The notes under the pieces are model-generated. The model worked only from the letters and a program-made list of their open reading frames with translations. It ran no database searches and was not told where the DNA came from. From Macrostomum lignano (lineage: Eukaryota), in NCBI GenBank assembly GCA_002269645.1, contig NIVC01000235.1:1-63247 (forward strand): a DNA stretch of 63,247 nt, read 5' to 3'. The translations under genes and the position numbers were made by a program. This document shows positions 37,101 to 47,957 of this stretch, piece by piece (position 1 is the first letter of the stretch; the number at the start of each line of letters is the position of its first letter).

Positions 37101-40100
37101 TTGTCGCAGAGCAGTTCGATGCAGTCCATGTTTTCCGAGTCCACGGCCAGGTGCAGCGCATTGCGGCCCATGTAGTCCACGCAGTTGGCGTTGAACTGCG
37201 GGTTGTCCACCTCCTCCAGCGACTGCCGATGACGCCGACGTCCCCAATGCCCGCGGCCTGCAGGTACACTCGCTCCTCGTCTGTCAGCTGAAAAGCGAAA
37301 GCGCATTCGTTCCACATTTCCGCTTCCCGATGTCGGCACAGATGGTGCTGCTGCTGCTGATGCTGCTGCAGCTGGTGGTGCTGCTGCTGCACCCGGCTGC
37401 TGCAGTCAGACATGTAGCTGATGGTGCGGGCGATGCCGCCCAAGCTCTCCCGCTCGATGATCGACTCCAAGTCAGTCATTTTCCGACTGTTCCCGGACCC
37501 GGGCTGGGGTTATCTTTGCGGCCAGACTGAGAGGCAGAGCCAGCCCAGGGTGGGCGACTTTTATACTGGCATTGCTGCTGCTTCTAGGGGAAGCGCGTAG
37601 GCGGCAGGGTGAAGCGGAGCCAGAATAATGGGTAACTTCGACGAGAATTGGTTAACAATGACTTCGGGATTTCCTGCTCAACCGCAGGCAGAGTGAGGAA
37701 GGGCCGTTGGGTTTGCATTCTGGGCCCCAAAATTGTTGCATTCCAATAGGACAATGGGAGAGGAAGGAGAAGTTTCTGAGTTTAATTGTGCTGATTCAAA
37801 ATCTCGGAATTTTTTATCAGGAGTTTTTTTTTAAATGGACATCCTGATTCGGTCCGCTCCTGCTCTGCTAAATATTTTCTTTTTTCTTCCCAATGGTAAT
37901 GCATATACAGAGCGATCTAAGAATATTTTAGCCAGTTTAGTCAAATTCAAGCACGCAATCGCAATTGGCAGTGACGACCTCAGTGTGCCTCTTTTGAGGC
38001 TCTGGCGGTCTTCACGAAGTTCAAATTGATCCTTAGATTTGGCATCACCCTATCGATTAACTTACCCTCAGACCAGTTTCATTCTACTAAGCAGTCTGTC
38101 ACAGTCTTAGGTCGGCCTGTCACTCACCCGCACGTCCTCGAAGTTGGTGAACAGCGCGCCGCTGCAGTTGCCCTGCTTTGAGCTGATGTTCGTCTTGCGC
38201 ATGTCGCCAGTCGAGTATTGAATTGTCTGGTAGAACCTGTTCACAGGAATGGCGGTTGGCGAGGGTTCATTGTCAGTGAGTAAGGAGCATCATATCATTA
38301 GCATGCGATTGGACAATTTTTCTCTTGTCTGTGACAAAGATCCTTTTATTCTCTAGCTACTGAACTCTGTTCGTCAGTAGGTGCTGCAGCGTATTTTGCA
38401 TGTATTGTATTGATGGATTGGGCTGGGTCTGGAGCGCAGGGTTACATCGCTGCTTTCTCATAGTGCAAGCCTCGGGGGGGGGGGATATTAATGAGGCCTG
38501 TGGAGTCCGGGAACTTCGGCCACCCTGGCCAACTTATCTATTCGTAGCGGGCGACACGCGATGTGCGCGGAGTCTCAGCTGAGCTAATCCTCTCCTGATT
38601 AGGCCTGATGCCGCAGCGGGAGCGGTGATTCCCCTCCCACCCGCACCCATTCGCCTGATCCCCGCCGAACTCCGCGGCCATCCGTCAAGCCGGGGTCCGC
38701 CGCTGCAGTTGTTTGCAGTGGCTTGCAGGAGCAGAGGGGGGGGGCAGCAAAGGCAAAACTGGGTGAGCGGCGCTGTGTTTCAGGGAGAAGCCGCGGGACC
38801 GGAGATGGACACAATTTCATTACAGCTGTGTCACTTGGCAGCACCGGCCGCATGTATCAAGGACCTGCTCCTTCTCCCTCGGCCACCCTGCATAAATCGC
38901 TGACATGGAAAATAGAGAATTGGGCGGAGGAGAAAGAGAGACATGACAAATTGGCCTTCTCAGAGCCGCTGAGTGGGCACGCTGAGGCCTCCAGCTGGGG
39001 GAAGCTGAGGCTGCAGCCTCCCACGCAAGCAGTTGAGTTCACCTTTTGCCTCCTGAGGGACAAACAATTTTCACGTGACCTGAAGAGGTTGGAAACTCCC
39101 ATGCATGCTGAGGCTCGTCCCGATGTCCTGAATCTGCACAATAATCTTCATTCCACTGAGATTATACAGAAATATGCTTTGAACATTTTCGCTAACAGAA
39201 ATTTGCATAGATTTGATATCGTATTCGACTGTTCTTGGATGCACTTGAGAAGAATTTTGGTTTATTTGGCTTGAGAGCTCTATGATTGTGTTTGAGAGCT
39301 CTATGATTGTGTTTGAGAGCTCTATGATTGTGTTTGAGAGCTCTATGATTGTGTTTGAGAGCTCTATGATTGTGTTTGAGAGCTCTATGGATTGTTTTTG
39401 AGAGCTCTATGATTGTGTTTGAGAGCTCTATGATTGTTTTTGAGAGCTCTATGATTGTTTTTGAGAGCTCTATGATTGTGTTTGAGAGCTCTATGATTGT
39501 GTTTGAGAGCTCTATGATTGTTTTTGAGAGCTCTATGATTGTGTTTGAGAGCTCTATGATTGTGTTTGAGAGCTCTATGATTGTGTTTGAGAGCTGTATG
39601 ATTGTGTTTGAGAGCTGTATGATTGTGTTTGAGAGCTGTATGATTGTGTTTGAGAGCTGTATGATTGTGTTTGAGAGCTGTATGATTGTGTTTGAGAGCT
39701 CTATGGATTGTGTTTGAGAGCTGTATGATTGTGTTTGAGAGCATGATTGTGTTCGAGAGCTCTATGATTGTGTTTGAGAGCTGTATGATTGTGTTTGAGA
39801 GCTGTATGATTGTGTTCGAGAGCTCTATGATTGTGTTTGAGAGCTGTATGATTGTGTTTGAGAGCTGTATGATTGTGTTTGAGAGCTGTATGATTGTGTT
39901 TGAGAGCTCTATGGATTGTATTTGAGAGCTCTATGATTGTGCTTGAAAGTTCTATGGATTGTATTTGAGAGCTCTATGATTGTGTTTGAGAGCTCATGGA
40001 GCTCTATGCTTTGAAGCACTGGGCCAGCTTCAAAAATGTGCAACCTCACCATTTTAAAGTGCCCCGAGACTTCTGGCCGAACTAGCGGGGTCTCTGACAG

Positions 40101-40280
40101 CCCGGCGGTCGCTCACCTGTTCAGCAGGCCGACCCCGACCGGGTCCGCGGCCGCCAGGGCCGGTCCGGCAAACAGATCCGGCCAGTTTCGGCCGGACGGC
40201 CGGACTGCCTGACTGCCGCTGCCGCCCGCCCTTCGCTGCTGCTGCTGGCGCTGCTGGCGCTTGGCCCCCTGGTCTGGCAT
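27823..40280 (-). CDS. TRPC: TRPC (canonical transient receptor potential) cation channel, 18 predicted coding exons
   Basis: Ankyrin repeats (NCVDYMGRNALHLAV, SPDITPLILAAH), TRP_2 Zn motif (H..ITCLCEDC), pre-S1 HANCQQYLTSIWY, S5 LGPLQISFSRM, S6 VLINMLIAMMSHSF, TRP box EWKFAR; splice phases consistent; one 1-nt frameshift near 37229. Confidence 0.93.
28254..28790. repeat. CT-rich simple repeat (CTCTCTCCTT(C/T) 12-mers) in the last TRPC intron
   Basis: Pyrimidine-only tract; source of five spurious ORFs. Confidence 0.95.
28934..29118 (-). CDS. TRPC exon 17 (followed by a GC-AG intron)
   Basis: ATCAG|DADESNFNRRSG…QKILDMRLQNLQ|GCAAGC. Confidence 0.72.
29784..29965 (-). CDS. TRPC candidate exon 16
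   Basis: …CHTKCTGAKPFTEADIGMDEPADAAAAVVEP…GRLVRRCC G|GTAATG, phase 2 to 1. Confidence 0.5.
30389..30431 (-). CDS. TRPC candidate exon 15 (43 nt)
   Basis: ATGCAG|VDLFEGELDLFEGS|GTAAAA, phase 1 to 2. Confidence 0.45.
30691..30801 (-). CDS. TRPC candidate exon 14 (phase 1-1)
   Basis: ATGCAG|DVQKNPKEGISIRAEDMIGASPEGLFAQDDSKAVHFA G|GTAAGA. Confidence 0.58.
30881..31004 (-). CDS. TRPC exon 13 (rib helix)
   Basis: TRRDAVCKSMDIVAQDTSYADIMQRLVRRYLFKLERENDVE G|GTGAGT. Confidence 0.85.
32534..32641 (-). CDS. TRPC candidate exon 12 (phase 0-0 cassette)
   Basis: CTCAG|FLKLHLPCPRRPPDQACCCCLRNEDAEAEARAVRLK|GTATTC, 108 nt. Confidence 0.5.
32889..33089 (-). CDS. TRPC exon 11 (TRP box)
   Basis: [35 protein letters not shown]…FIK|GTGAAG. 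Confidence 0.94.
33158..33544 (-). CDS. TRPC exon 10 (S5, pore, S6)
   Basis: VLLAFMVGMHNLYWYY…TMFWAMFS…VLINMLIAMMSHSFEDIQ|GTAAAA. Confidence 0.94.
33714..33898 (-). CDS. TRPC exon 9 (S4-S5)
   Basis: RFKWVAHDPEIVSDVLFAVANVLSFAR…LGPLQISFSRMLTDIARFLVLFAL|GTGAGT. Confidence 0.94.
33981..34298 (-). CDS. TRPC exon 8 (S3 and long S3-S4 loop)
   Basis: HLLSEIKQVYFQGLKEVALNAYSMLNFFIL…YFLEA|GTGAGC. Confidence 0.92.
34362..34617 (-). CDS. TRPC exon 7 (S1-S2)
   Basis: VSKGLRCPAAKFATHTVSHFLFLVLL…LIILWTA G|GTGAGT. Confidence 0.92.
35163..35330 (-). CDS. TRPC exon 6
   Basis: FVGHANCQQYLTSIWYG…IVLPTSK|GTACCG. Confidence 0.92.
35407..35592 (-). CDS. TRPC exon 5
   Basis: TEYVTLVEQCMNFACEMMDLCRGTQEV…AIRYEEKK|GTGAGA. 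Confidence 0.93.
35806..35944. repeat. 20-bp tandem repeat, about 7 units, TRPC intron
   Basis: Unit GATTATGACAGTGTAGATAT. Confidence 0.9.
36051..36369 (-). CDS. TRPC exon 4
   Basis: TEEKSQFSPDITPLILAAH…AEVEKEFK|GTGAGG. Confidence 0.93.
36954..37287 (-). CDS. TRPC exon 3 (ankyrin repeats; 1-nt deletion near 37229)
   Basis: TTTTCAG|LTDEERVYLQAAGIGDVGVI/RQSLEEVDNPQFNANCVDYMGRNALHLAV…AFFR|GTGAGG. Confidence 0.9.
38128..38236 (-). CDS. TRPC candidate exon 2
   Basis: AACAG|…FYQTIQYSTGDMRKTNISSKQGNCSGALFTNFEDVR|GTGAGT, phase 2 to 0. Confidence 0.62.
39271..40008. repeat. 21-bp minisatellite, about 35 units, TRPC intron 1
   Basis: Unit GAGAGCTSTATGATTGTGTTT. Confidence 0.96.
40117..40280 (-). 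CDS. TRPC candidate exon 1
   Basis: ATG 40280 MPDQGAKRQQ…VGVGLLNR, AG|GTGAGC donor, phase 2 matches the next exon. Confidence 0.5.
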
Positions 40281-40959
40281 GGCTGCGGGCTGGCTGGCTT
40301 TGCTCAGCCATTTCTGCCTCAACTTGCTTCAATTTATCCCCTGCACGGGCCCGCTTCTTCCCCGAGCGCAATGCACCTCTGTCAGCGGCGGGCCAGAGAG
40401 AAAGGGACTCTAACCGAGTTACGTCAGGACTCGCAGCTACTCTCTGAGACAATTATTTGGGGGATGAAACGGATGAGGCTGGGAGTCTGCGACTTTTTTC
40501 TTTGCGCTCCTTTTCTGGGCGTAAAGAAATGCGCAAATTCGATTCCCCGCCAACTCGATCTGTGAGGGACGGCGACCGGAGAAAAGAACTTGGGGACTTT
40601 TCTGCGCTTCTTGTGTTTTTTGCTTTGTAAGGCCGAAGGAAATTTAAAAGATCGAATTTGCCGCTCATAATTGACTTTCTGCGTCAGTGGGTGACGAGCC
40701 GTCAATCGGACTGACTCTCGAATTTCACCGAATCTTTCACTGCCGATTGGTTGGCTTGGAATTCCGGTTCCGTTCTAACTAATGCTTTCTTTCATTTTAT
40801 TCTAGATTACTGCAGGCTTTTTGCATGGTGATCGATAAACAAGTGAGTCAGTGCGTTAAGCAGAATTGGACACGGTTAATACGCAGTTGAATAGGCTGTT
40901 CGCAACCACCACCAACTCAAGGCAGCTGCAGTTGAGCAAATTGTCAATCAAGTTGAACT

Positions 40960-41227
40960 CCAACTCACCCTGCTTTGATTGGGCAGCAGCTCTGAGCTGC
41001 AGTTCACCCTGCTGTGATTGAGCAGCAGCTCTGAGCTGCAGTTCACCCTGCTGGATTGGGCAGCAGCTCTGAGCTGCAGTTCACCCTGCTGTGATTGGGC
41101 AGCAGCTCTGAGCTGCAGTTCACCCTGCTGTGATTGGGCAGCAGCTCTGAGCTGCAGTTCACCCTGCTGTGATTGGGCAGCAGCTCTGAGCTGCAGTTCA
41201 CCCTGCTGTGATTGGGTGGCAGCTCTA
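40960..41227. repeat. 39-bp minisatellite family A, about 7 units
   Basis: Unit AGCTCTGAGCTGCAGTTCACCCTGCTGTGATTGGGCAGC. Confidence 0.95.
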
Positions 41228-41229
41228 AG

Positions 41230-42351
41230 AGGAGACACTATGGCTCCAATGTCAGTGCACCTGTACTCAGGAGACACTATGGCTCCAATGTCAGTGCACC
41301 TGTACTCAGGAGACACTATGGCTCCAATGTCAGTGCACTTGTACTCAGGAGACACTATGGCTCCAATGTCAGTGCACCTGTACTCAGGAGACACTATGGC
41401 TCCAATGTCAGTGCACCTGTACTCAGGAGACACTATGGCTCCAATGTCAGTGCACCTGTACTCAGGAGACACTATGGCTCCAATGTCAGTGCACCTGTGC
41501 AGGAGACACTATGGCTCCAATGTCAGTGCACCTGTACTCAGGAGACACTATGGCTCCAATGTCAGTGCACCTGTACTCAGGAGACACTATGGCTCCAATG
41601 TCAGTGCACCTGTACTCAGGAGACACTATGGCTCCAATGTCAGTGCACCTGTACTCAGGAGACACTATGGCTCCAATGTCAGTGCACCTGTACTCAGGAG
41701 ACACTATGGCTCCAATGTCAGTGCACCTGTACTCAGGAGACACTATGGCTCCAATGTCAGTGCACCTGTACTCAGGAGACACTATGGCTCCAATGTCAGT
41801 GCACCTGTACTCAGGAGACACTATGGCTCCAATGTCAGTGCACCTGTACTCAGGAGACACTATGGCTCCAATGTCAGTGCACCTGTACTCAGGAGACACT
41901 ATGGCTCCAATGTCAGTGCACCTGTACTCAGGAGACACTACGGCTCCAATGTCAGTGCACCTGTACTCAGGAGACACTATGGCTCCAATGTCAGTGCACC
42001 TGTACTCAGGAGACACTATGGCTCCAATGCCAGTGCACCTGTACTCAGGAGACACTATGGCTCCAATGTCAGTGCACCTGTACTCAGGAGACACTATGGC
42101 TCCAATGCCAGTGCACCTGTACTCAGGAGACACTATGGCTCCAATGTCAGTGCACCTGTACTCAGGAGACACTATGGCTCCAATGCCAGTGCACCTGTAC
42201 TCAGGAGACACTATGGCTCCATTGTCAGTGCACCTGTACTCAGGAGACACTATGGCTCCAATGCCAGTGCACCTGTACTCAGGAGACACTATGGCTCCAA
42301 TGTCAGTGCACCTGTACTCAGGAGACACTATGGCTCCAATGTCACTGCACC
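41230..42351. repeat. 39-bp minisatellite family B, about 29 units
   Basis: Unit GGAGACACTATGGCTCCAATGTCAGTGCACCTGTACTCA. Confidence 0.97.
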
Positions 42352-43194
42352 TTTCGTACTGAGTGGATCTAAGCAACCCCAAGGTACTGTCAACTTACGA
42401 GTCCATTCTCTTGTAGTCAGCCGCCATGCTTTTCCACCTTTGCTCCCCTGGCCGCCGAATATTTGCAGTCTGCCGCAGAAATCGTGATCTTCCCTAATCT
42501 ACACAATCTTCTTTCTGGGGAGGTGCTTAAAGAGAAGCAGAGCAGAGCAGAGCGCTTTTCTGGAAAGCTGTCGGAAGCCATTGGCTGGGACGGCGGCCTC
42601 TGTTTGTCCCTCCGAAAGAGTTCCAGATTTGCCATCGAATCACTGGGAGCAAGTTCACCATTTTTTTCCCGATTGCCAGTTCATTAAAATTTTGTGATTC
42701 CATGAAATAATTTAGCTGGTATTACTCGCACTAAACTACTAGCGAGTAGAAATTCGAAAATTCAAGAATTTCATATGATGAATTTCATATGGAACCCATC
42801 TTTAATTGACTGGTCTGAGCTATACCTTGTCCTGAGCTGAGTCCTGTATGGCAGAATGTATAGCTGTATAGAGTTAGAATATAGGTAAATGAAAAATCAG
42901 TTCTTACTACTTAATCTGGGCGTGGAGTTGGATAAATCAATATAAATCCCTGATTCGCCTGCCTCCAGAAAAGCTGTCGTCTCAGATATTGATGAAAATA
43001 TCACGTGACAGCTGTGCTCTGCCCTCGTTGAGTAATATTTTCGCAGAAATCAGCATTTCAAAAAGCTTCTTTCTTTTAGAAATATTTACCTTTATCACGT
43101 TTCATTTATTGTCTTATTTTGTTGAAACTATGTTGGACTCAGTTAACTCAGGGCTCACTTCACGAGTAGGCTTGCGTGAAACCCTGCTAGCACA

Positions 43195-43380
43195 GGGGTT
43201 GTAGCCGAGTGGTTAGAACGTCGGGGGCTCGATTCTCGACATACTCGGAACAATTTGTGGCATTGAGCAAGACACTTAACTCTCGTAAAATGGGAGCCAG
43301 CATTAGCTGGGGTAGTTGAGGGTGTGCTTGGCGACTCCCCAGTCCTTGTCTAACTAAATAGTAATCAATTATTATTATTA
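43195..43380 (+). mobile_element. tRNA-derived SINE with CORE-like central domain and (ATT)n tail
   Basis: A box TAGCCGAGTGG 43202, B-box-like GGCTCGATTCT 43226, GTGGCATTGAGCAAGACACTTAACTCTC-GTAAAATGGG (43257-43294) resembling the MIR CORE, tail 43368-43380. Confidence 0.68.
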
Positions 43381-43473
43381 GTTATGCATCACAGTGCACT
43401 TCAGAATAGTTTGATCCAGAAATCTAGGAGCAGCACGCTTGGGATTTAAGAACCAAATGTAGAGCCGTTTGAA

Positions 43474-45746
43474 GAGCTCACTGAGAGGCTTATTCTCTGG
43501 CGGCTGCTCTCCTGCGAGCTGACGGCGATGCCCCTCAGCAATAATCAGCACGCCTTCCGTACCGGGAGGTCGACTGACAGCGCCCTGCATGCGATTGTCG
43601 AAAAGATTGAACGGGCGGTACTGGGTGACGGTTACGCCCTGGCTCTCTTTCTTGACATTGTTGGCGCCTTCGACAACGTTATCTTTGAAGCGTTTCAGAG
43701 GGCCCTTCAAAATCGCAAAGCTCATGCTACCCTCATACGGTGGATCATGTACATGATCTCCAACCGTACGGTCACTGCCCAACTTCTTGGGCAAACTGCC
43801 TCCACCAGAGTCTGTAAGGGTGGACCCCAAGGCGGAGTCCTCACCCCGACGCTCTGGAACCTGGTCATGGACGCTCTTCTGAGTGACTCCCGACCTGACC
43901 CCGTCTTCAAAGTCGGGTATGCTGATGACGTCACGGCCATTGTGGCAGGACCGTCTCCCAGCACGCTCAGGGATCTGATGCAGAGCTTTATCCGCAAAGC
44001 AGAATCCTGGGCCAATGACAATGGTTTGGAACTCTCTGAGCCCAAAACCGTTGCCATTATGTTTACCAGCAGACTACGCTGGAACATACGTCCTCTGCAG
44101 CTCTACGGCAGAGATATTGCCTTCGCGCACCAGACCAGATGTCTCGGGGTCACACTTGACCACCGGCTCAACTGGTCCTTCCACGTGAAAGCAAAAGCTA
44201 AGCGTGCCTCAGCCATCCTGGCCCAGCTCCGACGAGCACTTGGCACTTCTTGGGGTCTATCCCCAAAGCGGCTTTGGTGGATCTATACTTCCGTAGTTAG
44301 ACCTGCCATTACGTACGCCTCTGTTGTCTGGGTTAGCGCTACCCAGGTCAAAAGCCATGCAGACCTGCTCAACACGATCCAAGGCAGAGCGTGTAGGCTC
44401 ATCTGCAACGCCACCAGGTCCACGCCCTTTGCTGGCATGGGGGCCTTTCTTAATCTTCCGCCTCTTGACCTCTTCATCAGGGGTGAGGCGGCTAGAACGA
44501 CGCGGCGTCTAATTGATGCCGGCGTCAAATTCATTTACATGAGAGCACCTGCTAAGCGGAACCTTGTCCCGCATAGCGATCTGTGCCTCAACTTTCTCAA
44601 CGAGTGTCAGGCCAATCGCGTCTTCACCGATGGCATTGCCTCAACGCTCAACCTGAGACAGCGCTACTCCGTAGCTATCGACTGGTATGATTCACTCGAC
44701 TCCGTAGCTATGACCATTGGAACCCTGGTGAGCTTCATTGCTACACCGACGGTTCTAAGCAGTCAGCCAACACCGGCTTTGGTGTTGGAATCTTTCTGAA
44801 CGGGAGGGTCATCGCTACCCACGCTCAATACACTGGGGTCAACTCCAGTGTTTTCCAAAATGAAGTTCTGGCCATCAGCTCCTGCACTGCAGAGCTTCTC
44901 GCCACTGGCGTTACTGGTAAGAACATCATTTTCCATTCGGACAGCCAAGCTGCCTTGCACGCCATCAGTGGCTGCAGCACCAACTCTGCTACAGTCCTTG
45001 ACTGTATCAAACTCCTCAATGTGTTGGGTTCCGCCAACAAAATTACCCTTAAGTGGGTTCCGGGGCATGTGGGGATCCGAGGAAATGAGTTGGCTGACAC
45101 CCTTGCAAAAGTTGGTGCCTCCGGCTCCTCTCTCGGCCCCGAACCTCTTGTCCCGATTCCTGGCTGTGTCATCGACTCGCGCATCAAAGCGTGGATCAGG
45201 ACTCAGCACCGCTCGACTTGGGCGAACCGCACGAACTGCAGGCAATCCAGAGGCGCTGTCCCTCAGCCCTCTCACCAGCTCCGGAAGCTCCTCTTGCGCC
45301 TCTCGCGCAGAGACATCCGGGCTGCCACCATGACCCTCTCTGGTCACGGCTGCTTCTCCAGGCACCAGTACCTGCAGGGCAACGCCACCAACGCCACCTG
45401 TAGTTTCTGCAACTCAGGTGACGAAACCGCTGAGCATTTCGTCAGCATCTGTCCCGCCTTCACGCGGGCCAGACTCACTTACCTCGGGCCACACACATCT
45501 ATTACTGAAGCGTGCAAACCCGAAAACTTTAATCAGCTCATGCGCTACCTTCGGGCCACCCGCAGGGCTGAACTCTCCTTTCCAGAGAGCACCATAGCTG
45601 CTGGCGACACTGGGGGACCTCCCTGGGCGGCGCCAACCCTCCGTCCATAGCGACGCGTCGGCCGTTCAGGGACTAGCGGAATGGGCGCCCGCGCCTTCCC
45701 GCTGTGTCCCCTCCGGGACAGCCCTGCAGCTAAGTCAAGTAAGTCA
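43474..45746 (+). mobile_element. 5'-truncated non-LTR retrotransposon (RT + RNase H + Cys/His knuckle; I/R1/LOA group)
   Basis: QHAFRTGRST, FLDIVGAFD, GGPQGGVLTP, GYADDV; after a frameshift near 44700, YTDGS…EVLAI…SDSQAAL…WVPGHVGIRGNELAD; CSFCNSGDETAEHFVSICP; tail TAAGTCAAGTAAGTCA; 13-bp TSD AGAGCCGTTTGAA at 43461-43473 and 45747-45759. Confidence 0.95.
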
Positions 45747-46506
45747 AGAGCCGTTTGAAAGCAGCTTTTGAAAAGCCATTGCCGCAGGCTCACGGATTGA
45801 TGCAGATATTGCAGGCAGCGGCACTGCTTGATTGATTCTGGCTGAGTCCGGGATCTCCACTCTTGCCCTGAGGACTCTCTCTCTCTCTCTCTCTCCTATC
45901 TCAATTTCGCTACCGACTCCGCCAAAGCAAGCAGGCATGCGTGCTCGATTCCCGCCGCATGACCAGCTTTCACTCTTGCACTCTGAAGGCTGGTCGGAGT
46001 TGGCTGGCGCTTTTCCTTGACTCCACTTCGATTCTATTCTGTATTTGCATTCATTTTTGCGCAACTTTTTCTCCTGGCTAAACAGGCACGGCGCTGACGA
46101 ATTGGTCCGGTCCGTCATGGATTTATTGACAAGCCTAGATGGGGGGCCGGCAACTTTCACTGACTGTAGGGGAGACCATCAGGACCTGCTGGTTCATCGG
46201 AGGGGTCAATCAGAGGGGCATTTTTGGCAAAGCAATGTTGTTGTTGTTGGCTGGCAATTATTGACCCATTGACCATGACTTTGGGATGAGTCTTGCGGTA
46301 ATGCTAAATCAGCCGACAGATACCCCTGGGCTGTTGACTCGAAGCAGTCTAACGTGTTTCAGCCTCTAAAATTTAACAACTCAGTCTGAGACAGTGTAGA
46401 AACATTAGAGCCCTGACCCGTAGCAAAACCAAAGCCAAGGGTTTTGTGCAGCTGATGCAGTGCTGGCTCTGCGGGGGTTGCAGTTCCCCATCTTGTTTCT
46501 ACAGAA

Positions 46507-46746
46507 GCTCAGAACTGCCACCCAATCACAGCAGGGTGAACTGCAGCCCAGAGCTGCTGCCCAATCACAGCAGGGTGAACTGCAGCTCAGAGCTGCTGCC
46601 CAATCACAGCAGGGTGAACTGCAACTCAGAACTGCCACCCAATCACACCAGGGTGAACTGCAGCCCAGAGCTGCTGCCCAATCACACCAGGGTGAACTGC
46701 AGCCCAGAGCTGCTGCCCAATCACAGCAGGGTGAACTGCAACTCAG
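46507..46746. repeat. 39-bp minisatellite family A, inverted relative to the 40960 copy, about 6 units
   Basis: Reverse complement of the family A unit. Confidence 0.94.
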
Positions 46747-47957
46747 CTTGGTTGACCACTTGCTCATTGTGGCCGCTCTTGAGGCATGACCAAAGCAGCC
46801 TATTCATCTGCATACTAACCCCGGCAAACTCTGCTTAACTTGCAGCACTGACTGCAAATGCGCTAGCTCTTAGGCTGTCCCGTAGACAACACATAGTATA
46901 AATATCGATTAATTACTCGTTCATCACTAGATTGATTTCTAATTGGAAAATCTGGTAGCGGTAATGATGAATTGAGAGCAGGTAGATGATCAATTACCTT
47001 TTAACTTCGGGTTATCCCAGTAAAAAGCCAAGAATTTGACTGTAAAAGTGCAGGAGAAAAATTGCTCTTTAACAACTTGGTCCCTCCCCCAGCTGACAGC
47101 CGGGCCGGGCTGCAGTTTGCACAGGGCAAAGCCTGCGCTGGGCTCGAGTTTCGCGGAGTTCCTGTTTCAGCCGAGGAGGAAGCGGCCGGCCAGTTGCTGC
47201 GGGGCCCCAATTTGCCGTTGTGTCAAGCGACCGGCCTCGATGACTGATTGCTGCGTTTTTTCAATCTCCAAACAAGAGCGGGTGGGGCCGGTGCCAAGCT
47301 GAGTTTGTCTAACCGCCCCTGGCAGGGAAAGCGGCCGGCCCCTCCCCTTTATACAGAGACAATAAGGCCAAGTGGACAGGCGGATTAACTGCAAAAACTT
47401 TTCCCGATTGGCTACGCCACAGAATCAGAGATTTCTGCCATTGCTCTCATCTCTGCTTTTGCAAGAGAAAGATTTGAGGCGGCGGGGAACAGAGTGAAAG
47501 AGAGTTTTATTGCCGACCCCGGGGCTATCAGCAGCCTCCCTCCCTGTTCTCCCATTATGCTATTGGCAGCACTTAGGCGGCAGGGAAATCATTTTATTAT
47601 GTGGAGGAGGCCGCCACCTCAGATAGGCCTTAATAACTGTCCGACTCGCAGCATCCCGCCGCATTCATGCTTTGGCAACCATTTGGGGCGGCTTCCGGCA
47701 TCCTCGCGCCGAGAGCTGAGGCAGGGTCGGAGACTGCGTGCTATGCACAAAAGTGATTTATGATTTCTGGCTCCGAGCTGCGGTATCTTTCCTAAGGACT
47801 GGAGAGGCATTAGGAAAGCAATTTCGTAATGAGATACAGAAGCTCCGCTAGGACCGGCCAGAAGAATCAGAAGAATCAGATTCCCGCGTCGGTCAGGCTT
47901 GGGTTGTAGCTTGGGATTTCAAGGCGGACCGGGTGCAGATTTTCAGGTACACTGAAG

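Noticed and set aside
33227-37530. Plus-strand ORFs over the TRPC exons
   Set aside because: Antisense shadows of GC3-rich coding exons
38723-39274. 183-aa plus-strand ORF
   Set aside because: Antisense within TRPC intron 1; no recognisable domain or codon bias
40948-42487. ORFs up to 489 aa; common origin of the two 39-bp units
   Set aside because: The ORFs are repeat translations; similarity between units A and B is too weak to claim homology
43195-43260. tRNA gene
   Set aside because: A-B box spacing is too short, there is no cloverleaf, and it continues into a SINE body
43378-45793. Minus-strand ORFs over the LINE
   Set aside because: Antisense to RT/RNase H
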